From the NCBI GenBank assembly GCA_030141605.1, contig JAQGDQ010000006.1:1513067-1577066 (forward strand): 64,000 bases of DNA. Direction: 5' to 3'. Positions 1-13,050 of this stretch are shown here, in pieces. Position 1 is the first letter of the stretch. Each line of letters opens with the position of its first letter. Made by a program: the position numbers and the translations under genes. Under the pieces are notes generated by a model that searched no databases, was not told the DNA's origin, and saw only the letters and a program-made list of their open reading frames with translations. The DNA comes from Tubiluchus corallicola (lineage: Eukaryota > Animalia > Priapulida).

Positions 1-433
1 ATACCAAACTAATACTTCACATTCAAATACCAGAACATTATTATAATTTTTATATTAGAAGCGATTATTTAAACATAACGTATCTAGACAGCATTGCAAC
101 TCGCTGTATAAAATGCAAAGACACCTCTACGGATTTTAAATTGAATTGTCAAACCGTTAGGTTTGGTAAGGGGCGACAAGATTCATAATTTAGGTCCACA
201 AAACGAACTTATTTTTAACAGGTTTTAATAACTACAGCTATCTCATTCTTCGCTTAGTTCTTCTAATTATTTTGGATATTTTGGTCAATCTTTTCTTCTT
301 AATTAAACGCTGTATTTAAATTGCCAATTTTGCACTGCTTTTTACGATTTTGATCAGTTTACGCTTCTTACCTTTGTACTGTATTTTAATATTTTGATCA
401 GTCTTCTTCTTTTTTATATTGCATTTTAGTTGC

Positions 434-624
<191 letters not shown>

Positions 625-1293
625 GATCGACAACACATGTAGTTATGTCATATTTAGATCATAATTGACTTGAGCACGCTATTTCAACCTCCTGGTATTT
701 TACAATTTCAAGTAATATTTTGTTTATTCGTATAACTGCGTATAATTATAAAAATAGTTAAATTTATTTAACACCTTTTAGTACTAACACTTGCAACACT
801 TAGAGGAAATAATAATCTGTTACTATTTTCAATGTAGCAAGGTAAAAAATAAACTCTCATTTTACCATATCATTCGTGAAATTTCCCTTTTCATCCCATC
901 AAAAGGCTTAATAATTCTGAGGGAGCAGCCTGGTTTTACTCAGGGTTTTGAGTTCGGTTTGCAGTCGTATTATATTATATTATATCATATCATATCATAT
1001 CATATCATATCATATCATATCTAATCATATCATATCAATTATTGCTTGTGTTGTGTTGTTTTGTACTGCATAATATAATATAAAATTCGTCGACGAACAT
1101 ATGTTTATACTATATAAAATAATATATTGCGAATTGATATGATGTAGTGTTATGTTATGTTATGTTATGTTACGTTACGTTACGTTATGTTATATAGTAC
1201 CGCATCATATCACATCATGTTATATCATATTGTCCTTTATACTATAGGGGAAAAACGTTAATTGTCAGACAAACAATACGAGATTTTTCTTAC

Positions 1294-4129
1294 CTGTCTC
1301 TGACACCAGGCAAATGTCTAATCAAAGGAAACATATCGATAAGCGATAGATACGGATTTGAAACCTCCTGTGCCATTCTCAGCATCAAATTGGTAAATTT
1401 TGGATTTTCGTATTCAAATCTTTTACCAAATAATATGGAACTTATGATATTCCCAGAAGCGTTATGAAGATAGAGTCTTGCGTCAAAGGGCTCTCCTTTT
1501 TTATCCTTGAATACATTCGCTAGAGCTGAGAATTCTTCCCGTATCTTGCTTTCTAAACTGATTTTTCCCATTCCAAAGTCTCTCAGCGTTCGCAGGAGAA
1601 ATTTTCTCTGCACTTTCCACTGCTTCCCAGCTGACATAAAGATACCCGCTACAGCAAACAATAAAAACTAGTTGACAACGTTTCTGATGTGGAGAGAAAC
1701 TGGAGTTTTTGCAAACAGTGGCTATAGAATTAGTTACAGAAGCAGTTAGAATTTCAAAAAGTGTCAACATTTTATCTGAAAATCACAATTTTGATTTTTA
1801 TTGAATTCACATTACTGCATTACCTATGAACTGTACTTCAAAATGAAATCGCAACTTGTAACTTTTCCACATGTGACCTTTGGGTCAAAGGTAGGTTAAC
1901 TCCTGTCAATTTATGCCATTCAGTTCATCTCGTCAAGACCTTTCATCAGATATGCTACAAGCTGTAGTTCAGGTCAACACTAGAAAGTTTTTGCTCCTCG
2001 AACCCTAATTAGTCCCTAATGGGGTCAGGGACCAAACAATCTCGGCGCTACTTATACCATTCACTTTGCCCCATTGAGACCTTTCATTTGGTATACTACA
2101 AGCCACTATTTTCCAAGTTACTATGCTCTAAGACTGGAAAAACATCTGTGCCGACCCACCCATTTTCAGGTTTTGGCTCCTAACGGATTTTTTTTTATTA
2201 TCCATCGGGCCCATACTCAGCCATGCCTCAGGATTTGGCAACATACTAAAAATCGTGGCTCTAGCTCACAAAGTGTAACAGAAGATAGAATCTAACGAAA
2301 AATGATACATATCTACTGTCTCGACCCTTTCTACCGAGGTTATCATTCAGCATTCGGTTATCCATACCCGAGTTCACACACCAGGTACCTGCGCTGTAAG
2401 TTCCTAAATACTTGTGAAAGAAATGAAAAATGTAAGAGCCATAATTAGGAGGAGATGCGATCTAAGGGAAAAACGAAATGACGTCCACTGAGTGATTCTG
2501 TTTCAATGACAGGAGTAATTTTGAGTGACAGCTTTCTCTGCACATAAGAACGTTCAGTAGGGAAGCCTTATTTAAACGGTAGCAGTCGTGAAAGAGGATG
2601 GCAGAGTTAAAACCACCTGTCGTCATTAGCAACGGGTGTTAGTGGTCATTAACAGCCTGTTGTCATTAGCAACATGGTCTTAATAAACTATGATGAGTCA
2701 TTCCAAAAAAACAATGCCGCCGAAAAAGACAATGGAAAAGGAGCAAAGAAAATTGCGCGATTTAATGGCATAATATTTTTTTTAATTATTAACATCTAAA
2801 ATATAAGTCAAGTATAAGAAAATTTCTTATATTTACTAAGCTTCTGCTTGGTGGTACAGTCGGTCTCTCGCGAGTGCAACTTGACAATCAACCACAAGTT
2901 TTCAAATGGGTTTAAATACGAAGAGTGCCGGGCCAGTAAACTTTAATGTTCTCGTTTTTCAAGAAATTTTTGGCGACTCCCAATGGAACATCAGGAACCT
3001 CTTTCGCATCCCTTGTATCCGTCTTTTTGTTAGAACCCCAATATACTGCTGCGCTCACATCATACTGGTAGCAATATACAAATTACGCCAATTTATATTA
3101 GAGATGCTGTTTAGGGGATTTGATAACGTGCATGTCCCATTTAATGGCCGAGAAATACTATGAGGGGTGGGTAGGAAAATGCGATAAAATCTGTCAGTGG
3201 TTCAATTAATTTGCACAAGGGTGTAGTGTCTGTCTCCATTTGTTGGGGGTAGCCTAATGAGTCACCCATGGAGTGTGTTTCTGTGAGTTTTGTTACACTA
3301 GCCGTGTGCGTGTGCAAGTTATTAAAGAAACAAAAAGCACAAGGAAGAATAATAGGCTAAATAAATGATAAAAACGGCTATTAAGCCAACAACAACAGCA
3401 GTGCCAATTGAAAATGGGGGGGAACATTGCACCAACAGAGCAGAAATAAAGAGAAAAGGGAAAATAAACAGTGAGAAAAGAAATATTAAGAGTGAAAAAA
3501 GAAAAAAAGTATAACAGAAACGACGAGACACGTGCCAACAGAAGCAAGCGAGAAAGAGACGCAGCACAGGAAGAGTGAAACAGAAGGAGAAAGAAGAGCG
3601 ACGAAAGAGAGAAAGGAGAATGACAAGGAAAGAACACGTGAGAATAAAGTTGAGTTAAAAACAACAAAAAGAAGAAAGTAGCAATGAAGAAGATATACGG
3701 AGTGAAAAGCCAGTGAGGAGGCAGAAAACCAAAGAGAACGCTGCATATGTGGACACATTGTCCTACATCAAGTTCAAATTGCAACCTTAAAATACCTCTT
3801 TCTTTGAAACCGTTCACGTGGAATGTCTGGTCAATAATGTAACTGTCGGCCCTAGAAGAAAATATTTCTCCCTTCTTAAGGAATGCTTCACGTCCAGTTT
3901 CGAAATCATTGATAACCACGGTAAATGCAGATCCCAGATAGGTACCAATCACGCTGCCATGTTTTCTAGCCAGTTGCTGAAAATATGCACTCGGATTTTT
4001 GCCCATGGAAAAGAGTACTCCCAGAAAAGGCCAGCCAACTGGTCCCGGTGGAGCGCCTGTCGGCCGCTTCACGCAGTGCCATACGAAAAATCCAAAAATT
4101 AAAAGTAAAACATACAGCAAGTAAAGCAT
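1294..4129 (-). CDS. Cytochrome P450, clan 2 (CYP2-like) gene A; partial. Exon 1 4129-3796, exon 2 1648-1294; remaining exons presumably left of the window
   Basis: N-terminal TM anchor, PPGPVGWP hinge, C-helix WKVQR, LRDFGMGK. GT/AG sites in phases 1 and 2. Exon lengths 334 and 355 nt are identical to paralog B. Confidence 0.9.
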
Positions 4130-4468
4130 GACGGTAAAATAATTTTTTATGTTAAAATATTCATACACACATACATACATACATACACACGGAAGGCGTC
4201 GACCACGTGACGCAGCTTTGTAAATACTGTACTATCTCGATTATAAGACCCTAGAAACTGCGCTAGTACCTACTGCGCATTCCTGGGTAAATGGCCTTGA
4301 GTGGCGTTTATTGATTTGGAACTTATTTACATTAGTAAACATAATACGGACTCCTGGTTCCACAGCCAGCACGCTATACGAAATAGACAGCTCTGCTTGC
4401 CAACTGGAGTTAGGTTCGCTACTCTGAAACTGCAATATAAAAATTCTGTTTTGTTATCAGCAATAACA
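4130..4468. promoter_or_regulatory. Probable bidirectional promoter shared by CYP-A and CYP-B
   Basis: 339 bp between divergent ATGs. Contains CACGTG (4204-4209), ARE-like GTGACGCAGC (4207-4216), TTATAA (4241-4246) and XRE-like CACGCTA (4370-4376). Confidence 0.55.
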
Positions 4469-7185
4469 ATGTTTCCAACGTTGCTCATCGCGGCAGTTTT
4501 GCTCATTTTGTTACTATTTGTATGGCAGTGGAAGAAACGTCCCGAAGGGGCACCGCCGGGCCCTGTGGGCTGGCCCATCGTTGGTTCGATGTTCTCAATG
4601 GGAAAGGACCCAACCGCGTATTTTGAAAAGCTCACAAAACGGTATGGCAACATTTTCGGGCTGTACATAGGACCAACTTTCAACGTGGTCATCAACGATT
4701 TTGAAACGGGTCGTGAAGCTTTTCTGAAACATGGAGATGTATTTTCTGGAAGGTTCGAAAGTTTTACAATCGGTGAAATTATGGGAGACGATGAAATGCG
4801 TGGTAAGTACTGCGATCATATAGCATTTGTAGTTGTGTTTTTAAAGAACCGCTTTCTTAATGTCTAATTTATATATTCAAAAAGCCAAGATTTCTTTGAT
4901 CTTGAACAAGTGATTTAAAATATCAGAGACCTTTGCAAAAAAGCTTGAAAATTTTGGTATGTTAACTTATGTAGTTTATAAATCCATCCAAGTTAGCAAA
5001 CGAGTATGGTGGGGAAGTTACACAAATTCCATCCTCACAGTAGTTGCAAAACAGTTGTGTTAGCTTAATGAAGTTATCTTAATTTTACATACTATTAACA
5101 AATAATAGTCTTTCTATCTTTTATATCATCCTATATATATCAGCTTGATTCATTACAGCATTCCATTTTAAGCACTAATGTTTTTTTAATCACGATTCAC
5201 TTTAAATTTTCAGATTATCTCCATTACTTTTTTTCTATCACTGTGTGGGACAATCTAACAAGCCCTGCATTTTGATTGTCCTCAACACATTTACCTTCGT
5301 ATATAAGTGAACGGTGTATGAGGCTTTTCCTGTGCAGTATTTCTTATTTGTATTATGTTCATTGTAAGCTCTTTCACTAGATATTGTACATGAAACTATT
5401 GTAAATGTGTAATGTGAAATAGATGACCTATGACTATTCGAGAATAGTACTGCAAACAATGAAGCATTGTGTAATACAGGTATGCAACTATTTGCTTCAT
5501 TGGACGTGGACGCTTCAGGTAATTTTGCTAGCCGTATACCTAAAACTTAATCACTAAATTCTTTCGAAGAAAGTCAATAATTCAATATTACGACCCAATA
5601 ATTCAGGGATATTGGTTGGTTGATTGATTTTGCAACATAGATTGTGAACAACATTATTGCTAGATCCTGTTATCCTGTTATGCAACTTAAACATCTAATA
5701 AGAAACTACAATCCAAAGAGACTAAACAATAAACACTGGACAGTGAAAAGCAAGAAATTACTGTAACATTGTTTGCAAAGTTATTTCATCATGTAAGTGT
5801 GAACAGGCCCTAATGTTGCACTTTTGGATTACAGGGCTTGTGATGTCAGAAGGAAGACGATGGAAAGAACAGAGAAAATTTGCTCTGAGTAAACTCAAAG
5901 AGTTTGGAATGGGAAAGATTAGCTTGGAGAAGAAGATAAAAGAAGAAATATCAGCCTTTCTGAACGAGCTAAAGGATAAGGAAGGCAAACCTTTCGATCC
6001 TAAACTATATCTTTCAAATACAATTTCAAATGTCATATGTTCCATAGTATTTGGAAACCGTTACGAATACGATGACTCGGCATTTATCAAGTTAATGGAC
6101 TACATTGCTCAAGATGTCCAAAATCCTGACATTACTGGGTTTATTGATGTCTTTCCGTGGCTGAGGTATCTCCCAGGATTTAGATCAAGGTGGGTCAGAC
6201 GATCTTACTCATCGTGCAAAACCTGTTGTAGCTAAATTAGGAAACAATCTCATTCATGAAGCGCTATTGGCCATTTTGAGCATTTTTTGGCATTTTTGTT
6301 TAACAATCAGTAATTTATTACACTGAAACTACTGATTTTTTGGTGTAGTAGGCTCACATATTTCTTCTTATTCGAGTAGTTTGGTTTCATCTAAAGTTGT
6401 TCCTTTGTTCGTGAGGTGGCAGAGACTGATTGGTAATTGATTACTAGTCGATTGTCGATTGATCACCAAAAAAGCCAATCCCCGAATGGTAACACATTTG
6501 CGCAAATATTCGTTGCCAATACAGCTCTTCTGTGTTCTAGCGTCAACCTTAGCATTTACTCTCTTTGTTACCAGATGTCCAATTTATAGAAATCCGGTAA
6601 TTGTTACAAATTTAGTTACGGTTAACTTTAGAACATTGTTAATTTTTGACATGTGTTACCAGTTATCAATTTCTTTATGCGCGTAGAGTGTCCGTTCTTA
6701 CATGCTCTTACAATAAGCCAGTGATTATTAATACCATTTAATTCTTGATGTTTAAAAGTCACCCTGTTCGTTTGTGTGCCTGGCCTTGAATCCTGCCGCG
6801 GCCGCACTAGGCTAAAAATAAAACAACAATATATTTTGTGGAAATAGAGAGCTTCTTTTCAACAAAAATAGATCTCCAGACCATTAAGCCACTGGTTACT
6901 CTTTGTAGATCAAAGGCTACTAGGTTATGGACTTTGGTCAGAATATTTACCTACATGATAGTCTATTAACGCTAAATTCAACAACATAAATATAAATAGT
7001 GTTGATTGGCGTTTAAATGTTTGGGAACATTGATTATTACGTGTATTATCTGTTACGTGTTAAAGATTGATAAACAGCGATTTTGACTCTGTTCTTTTCT
7101 TATGCATATAAGTAAAAACCGAATGCCTTCATTTCAATCAGTGGTGTTGAAAAAGTAAAAATACTTCGAGTTATTTGTTCAGTAA

Positions 7186-7965
7186 AGCTCATTTCACAGC
7201 GAGGACGCAAAGAAAAATGACGTACGGAACTGCTGTCAGAAAATCAGAAAATATTTATGAAAATTTCCAATTTTTCTCGAAATCCCATTTACATGCAGCA
7301 AGGTAGTTCATTTCACAGTGAAATTGCGCGGTTTTTTCCGCACGCGCAGTTAACTCAACTTAACTGCAACTACTTCGCAAGTTTTATACTGTATAATCAT
7401 GTTTAAATTAAGTTTTGCTTACCGAATTTCTCATATGCAAAGTACAATTAGCAAAAGTATTTATTAATCAAAGTATTTTTACACCTGTTTGTTTTTAGTA
7501 AAGTTTTACTAATGACTTCAAAATCTAAAAATATACATGTACAGTATAACATAAATATATTCGTTATTTTTGTTTTTACGAATATAGCCATCGATGTTGC
7601 ATTAAAAAAACACAAAATCGTCAGTCTGTTAAAGGAGAAATTAAATCTTAGAAATTAAATCTGCTGAAACGTGTTAATTGTTGTTCGTTAAATAAGAAAC
7701 AATTAACAAAGTAGTTAAATTAAAGACTGAATTCTACGAGAATTCTTCAAGAAAATGGAACATACAGGCAAAATTCCTTACGAGGAGGACGCATAGCTGC
7801 TAGCTGGCAGCAGAATTCCCCAAGAGGAATTGCACGAGGAATTTTGCTGCGCGTCCTCACTGTGAAAGGCGCCATAGAAAACAATGTGTTTCATTTTCGC
7901 GAGGAATTCCTCAAAGAATTTCTCCTCTAGGCATTCTGTTGCGCGTCTTCACTGTGAAATGGGCC
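7186..7965. mobile_element. PIF/Harbinger-like MITE in CYP-B intron 2
   Basis: Imperfect 23-bp TIRs (AGCTCATTTCACAGCGAGGACGC / GCGTCTTCACTGTGAAATGGGCC) flanked by TAA and TCA. Internal TIR-like copies near 7309 and 7850. Confidence 0.6.
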
Positions 7966-8258
7966 TCAGCTTTCCTAGAAATTAACTGCTTAGTCATCAT
8001 TATTTCAGATACAAGAAGTTCATGGAAAATGAATTTCACATTATGGACTTTATAAAAAGCCATGTGGACGAACACACGAAAACGTACAATCCAGATGACT
8101 TTGTTTCTCTTATTTAATGAAAATCCATTGTATTAATTCCAAATCCATTCCAGTAACCTAATATTGTACTCTAACTGTAATGGTGACAAAATTTTTACAT
8201 TGGCTTTTGATTATAATGTCTCTAAGCTTTTTTGAGCTGTTTTGTACCTCTCTGAGTA

Positions 8259-8858
8259 AGCAAGACAGGACGATTTTTCATATACTACCCCATTTTCAAC
8301 ACTGATAAAAAGTACACATTTTTAGACAATTAATACTACAAACGCATTTCTGATAATTAAATAATAGATTACAAACTTAATTAACGGCAGGCGAGCCCAA
8401 CTATTCATGACATCACAAATTAACATAATTTTCAACAACAAAAATATTCCACGAGTGTGTTGCACGTGTTTGCGAAAGCAAAAATTGAAGTACAATGCTA
8501 CTGTAAAATATTCAGCAAGTTTTAAGATAAAAATTCAAATTTCAAATATACCGCTGTGATCACGTATGAGCTTTCGAAACGGTGTACGTTTGTCACAGAC
8601 TAGCACATTTGAACTGAGAGGTACAGCACCCGTTTTTTGTGCAATGCGTTTCCCAAATGCAGGTGCTAATGCCCGTTTAACTAGCGAAAGGCGAAAGGCC
8701 TGTAACAGCGAAGAACTAGTGGTACGAACATGAAATTGTGTTTGTGTGGTAATAATTCTTTCACGTAAGTCATTTTTGAAAAAATAGTATGTTTCCTTTC
8801 AATATTTGAAAGAGTTGATTGTTTTGACCTACAGTTTAAGATTGGATCCTGTTTTGCT
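8259..8858. mobile_element. Kolobok-like non-autonomous DNA transposon, copy 1
   Basis: About 600-bp repeat shared with 22686-23255 and 36738-37306. Ends AG(C)AARACAGG...CCTGTTTTGCT followed by TTAA. Confidence 0.65.
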
Positions 8859-10384
8859 TTAATTTTGGTTGCAACCATGTTGACAAAGGACGAGAATCGT
8901 GCAAACGACACAGTTTAGAGTAGAAATAAGTAAACGTGGAAAAGCAATTTCAAAAAGCACTTGAAGTCAAATTTTTAATAAGTGTAATCAATTTTAATGA
9001 CGTTGTAGCAGTAAAATAAGATTTCTGACATGATCAGAAGAGAAATGAGTTAAACCCGAGTTGAGATGAGATGGCTTCTTCATTTTCAATTCTGACACTA
9101 AAGAAATGTGTTTACAAGAAAAAAATCAAACAAAATATCAGAGACTTTTAATTCAAAAGTCGAGATGCAAGGTTATTTAATCAATTATTGTTCATATAAA
9201 TTCACAACTAAACCTTGAAATATCTTAAATATGGGGCGATTTGACGTGACAGAGTTCCAGGTTAGCTCACTTCCCTTTTCTCTGCCTCTTTTAGCATGTT
9301 AAAAGGGTTCTAGCATATTAACAACTTCGAAAAATCACTCGAAACACTTAATTATTGTGACACTAATAGATAAATTCAGTAAAATACAAATTATTGATTT
9401 TTTGCAATAATGGGTGCCAAATCTGTTAAAATAGTAAGTATTTAACTTTTTTTCAGTTAGTGAGCTTATGTGGGTTGCAGCAGACTGTTTCTTTGCTGGA
9501 ACCGAAACCACGTCATCAACACTTTATTGGGCGTTTATTTACTTGCTGCATTATCCCGATGTACAGAAACGCGTGCAGAAAGAAATTGATGACGTCATTG
9601 GAAAATCAAGGCTGCCATCTGTAGCCGACAAACCAAACATGCCTTTCACGGAAGCAACTTTAACTGAAATACAAAGAATGGGTAATGAAAGTGTTGGCAA
9701 AAATAAGAAATTTTTTGTTGACCATACTGATGATTTACAAACTATATTAACATTCATTGCTACTATCATCCTAATTTTCTAATTTTTTCCATGGCACTTT
9801 TTTCCATATATATGTAGCTTATATCATAGAACTTACAAAAAGGCTTTTAAAATGTTGTTTCGTATTTACATCCAGAGCTAAAGCAACATGATACTAGTCA
9901 TTTGTGATGGCCTGCAATTTTTGGTCTTTTGAAAGTAGTATTTTCAACACATTTTCAGGAAACATTGTACCACTTGGAGTACCACATTCCACTTCAAAAG
10001 AGGTGACGTTTCAAGGCTACAGAATACCAGCTCGTACGACTGTAATGTTGAACTTGACTGCCATCCATCAGGATCCGGTCATGTTTCCGGAACCTAATCA
10101 CTTCCGTCCTGAACGCCATTTGAACGACAAAGGAGAGTTTGTAAAGAATGATGCAGTAATTCCATTTTCAGTTGGTGAGATTTATTTTACACATAGAGAA
10201 AGAAGAAGAAAAAGAAAACCTTCTAATGGAGGGGGTGTGGGATAGATGGTTATAGCATCTATTTACAAAACCTCATCAGAAGGGAAGGACAGGCAGATAG
10301 ACCTTTTTTTCTTTCACCAATACATAACCAATTATCGGTTAAGTTTGAGTAAGGCTAGAAAGGTGATCAGAGTTTGCACAGGTG

Positions 10385-10450
10385 TTGAAACTTGGATTCG
10401 AACCAAGAACCTCTGGATTGGCTTTCAGGTGTTGTAACCACACAGACACC
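10385..10450 (-). mobile_element. tRNA-derived SINE head in CYP-B intron 5
   Basis: Minus strand reads GTGTGGTT...GGTTCGAATCC (A and B boxes). Confidence 0.4.
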
Positions 10451-10608
10451 TGACACAAAGTAGAGCAATGTTTTGGTTATAGACATTTTATTACTTGGAA
10501 GCAGCATACCTTTTGTTACACATTAACACCTGGTTAGGCAATGTGATGCGTCCACCATTGCATGCCACTAACCTCCAACACATCTAGCCCATTTTTCTAA
10601 AAAAGTGT

Positions 10609-10643
<35 letters not shown>

Positions 10644-12615
10644 TCCTATTATACATATATATAATGTAAACATATATATATGTATACATTATATATATGT
10701 ATGTATACATATATAATGCTCATCTGCGCTCTCGTACAAACTCACAAAGGGAATTTGAATCTTGTTAAAAGGACATAGGTATAGCCAACAAGGAAGACAT
10801 TTTCTTATAGGACAGTGTTGAAGACAAATCTCCAACAAATCAAGCCAACATATCAAAAAGTGTTTTATGTCTATATAATGCTCGCCTTGGCTCTCATTCG
10901 AAAACACAAAGGGAGTTTCAATCTTGCCAGAGGGACACGGGTATAGCCCACTAGAAAGGCATTTTTATAGGACAGGCAATCACAAATTCCTGAAAGGTAG
11001 TTAGTCATGTAACTGAACTTGATCACCGTCAGTAAAAATAATACCACAATATAGAATAGTTATTTAGTCCATTAGCAATTTAACTAAATAATGTCACAAT
11101 GCTACCAAATCGTACACACTTTTAATTTTGCAGTTATGCACATGCAGCATGAACAGAAGTAAAATCAAACAGTGCTCTTCTGAGACGTCCCATTATCGTA
11201 ATCATAAATAAGACAATGTGCCTTATCTCTACCTTACAGCTAACAAAGGTCCTGTGAAAAACGAAAACTTCTGTGTCTTAATGGGCCCTTTGTATTCTTT
11301 GCGATTTGAATGTGAGTCTTTGAATGTAAGTAAGACTCTGTTTATGTTTCCAAAGATCCTGAATACGTTCTACCACTTTCAGTAGTATGGAAATTATCGG
11401 CCTAAAACCGCTTGCAAATAGGCCTAATCAATGAAAGTTCTAATGCAACATGCAGGTTTGTAAAAACGGCTTTTGCAGCTTCAATAAAAACCATTAACGG
11501 TAACTGCAAAATGAAATGAAGAATCATTTTAAAATCAGTTCAAAAGAAGACAAAACGAACTTACTAGTATCAGCAGAGTATTAAGAGAAAAACATGTGCA
11601 AGTCCTATTATGGCGCACTAGAGTTTTATAAAATAGTTTTGTTTGTTTAGGTCGACGTGTCTGTCTTGGTGAAGCTTTGGCAAGAATGGAGCTGTTTTTA
11701 TACTTCACGAGCATACTGCAAAACTTTGACATTCAGCTACCCCCTGGTGCTCCTAAACCGAGCTTAGAACCACATTTTGGTTTCCTAGTGTCAGCTCCCG
11801 AACCTTATAAGATTCAAATGAATGTTCGTTAATCAACATTAATAAGATAGAATATAGCTGTACGTGAATAGAGAGAAAAATTACTTTAAAAAGAGTTGTT
11901 TTTTTTTGCTAAGTGCTGTCAGAAAAGTTTTAGTGTTAAAGAATTGTAAATTTAAAAAAATATTTAAGTAACGTTTTTTTGTGATTAGGTTTAAAACAGA
12001 AATAGTTTAAGTAAACATTTTCAGCATGAGAAAGCTGGTTGCAAACTAGATTTTACATGTTGGCAGTACTTGATGGCTTAAACTTGCTTTAACGTGAAAT
12101 ATAGATAATTACTCGATCTATCATCGTGAATTTTGTAATTTCTTTTGTTTACATGTGTCCAGTAGCCAATATTCAATAACTACTTGTGTGTTTTGCCTGA
12201 AAAACAAGCATCATAGAAATTCCGTTGCCTTACATTTGGTGAGGTATCACAGATTCAGCAGAATAAGATTTGCGCGTTAACATTTTCATTTCATTTTTTT
12301 ATTTGAAACCTCTTGGCACCAGTGAATTATAGTAGTTACCACTATATTACTTCAGAAGGCAGACGATAAAACACTTATAAAAATAAGGTTAGACGTTAGT
12401 AACGTCAAATCATATTTATTTGATTTTTTTCTTGTGCCATACAGATTGAAAATTTGTTTGTTTGTTGTTTTTTGTCTGTTATTTGTTTTTCGTGCATTGA
12501 TTCGTTTGTTTGTGTGCTGATTCGCTTACTTGCGTACCTGTTTATTCGTGTTTCTGCTAGTTTTCTCTCATTTTTTAAAATTATTTTCTTAATGACATTT
12601 TTATTTAGACTACAA

Positions 12616-13050
12616 CAGTGGCTGATTTAGGGGGTGTGCTCAAGGGGCCTGGGCCCTCCCTTTCACAGTAACAGTTACAACACACCAAATGAATATTTTC
12701 TCTGAATTATACGCATTACAACGATTTCCTAAATCCTAAAGATGCCTTATATCTGTAAAACTCATGTATCACCAGAAAACAAATGTAAATGATTGTACAT
12801 TCATGTATGCTGTATAATGTTTATCAATATATTGGCATGTAATCTTAAATCAAAGGTGAAATGAAACCTGTTCTAAACTAGTGAGCGTCCTTGAAGAAAT
12901 GGCTTTTAGAAGGCAGAAAAGTGGTCGAAATGCAGTAAAATGTGTTGTTGTCCGGGTGGACCTCGTTGGGGAGCTTACACCGCTCCCCCAACCCCCGTAA
13001 GTGCTTTTCTGTTGGACTCACCGTTGTTCTAAAACCTGTATCCGCCCCTA
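12616..13050. mobile_element. Possible degenerate hAT-like MITE
   Basis: Ends CAGTGGCTGAT...ATCCGCCCCTA with GC-rich subterminal blocks; no clear TSD. Confidence 0.35.

Larger units (their letters stand above)
4469..11832 (+). pseudogene. Cytochrome P450, clan 2 gene B. Exons 4469-4802, 5835-6189, 8009-~8099 (truncated), 9457-9681, 9959-10174, 11651-11832; apparently disrupted in exon 3
   Basis: All motifs are intact: PPGP, WKEQR, AGTETT, EIQR, PERH, FSVGRRVCLG. Exon 3 stops matching paralog C after ...YNPDD, has no donor in the required phase, and hits TAA at 8115-8117. Confidence 0.75.

Noticed and set aside
3293-3795. Hydrophobic extension of the 295-aa ORF as part of CYP-A
   Set aside because: Read-through into a pyrimidine-rich intron after the donor at 3795; P450 homology resumes at 1648.
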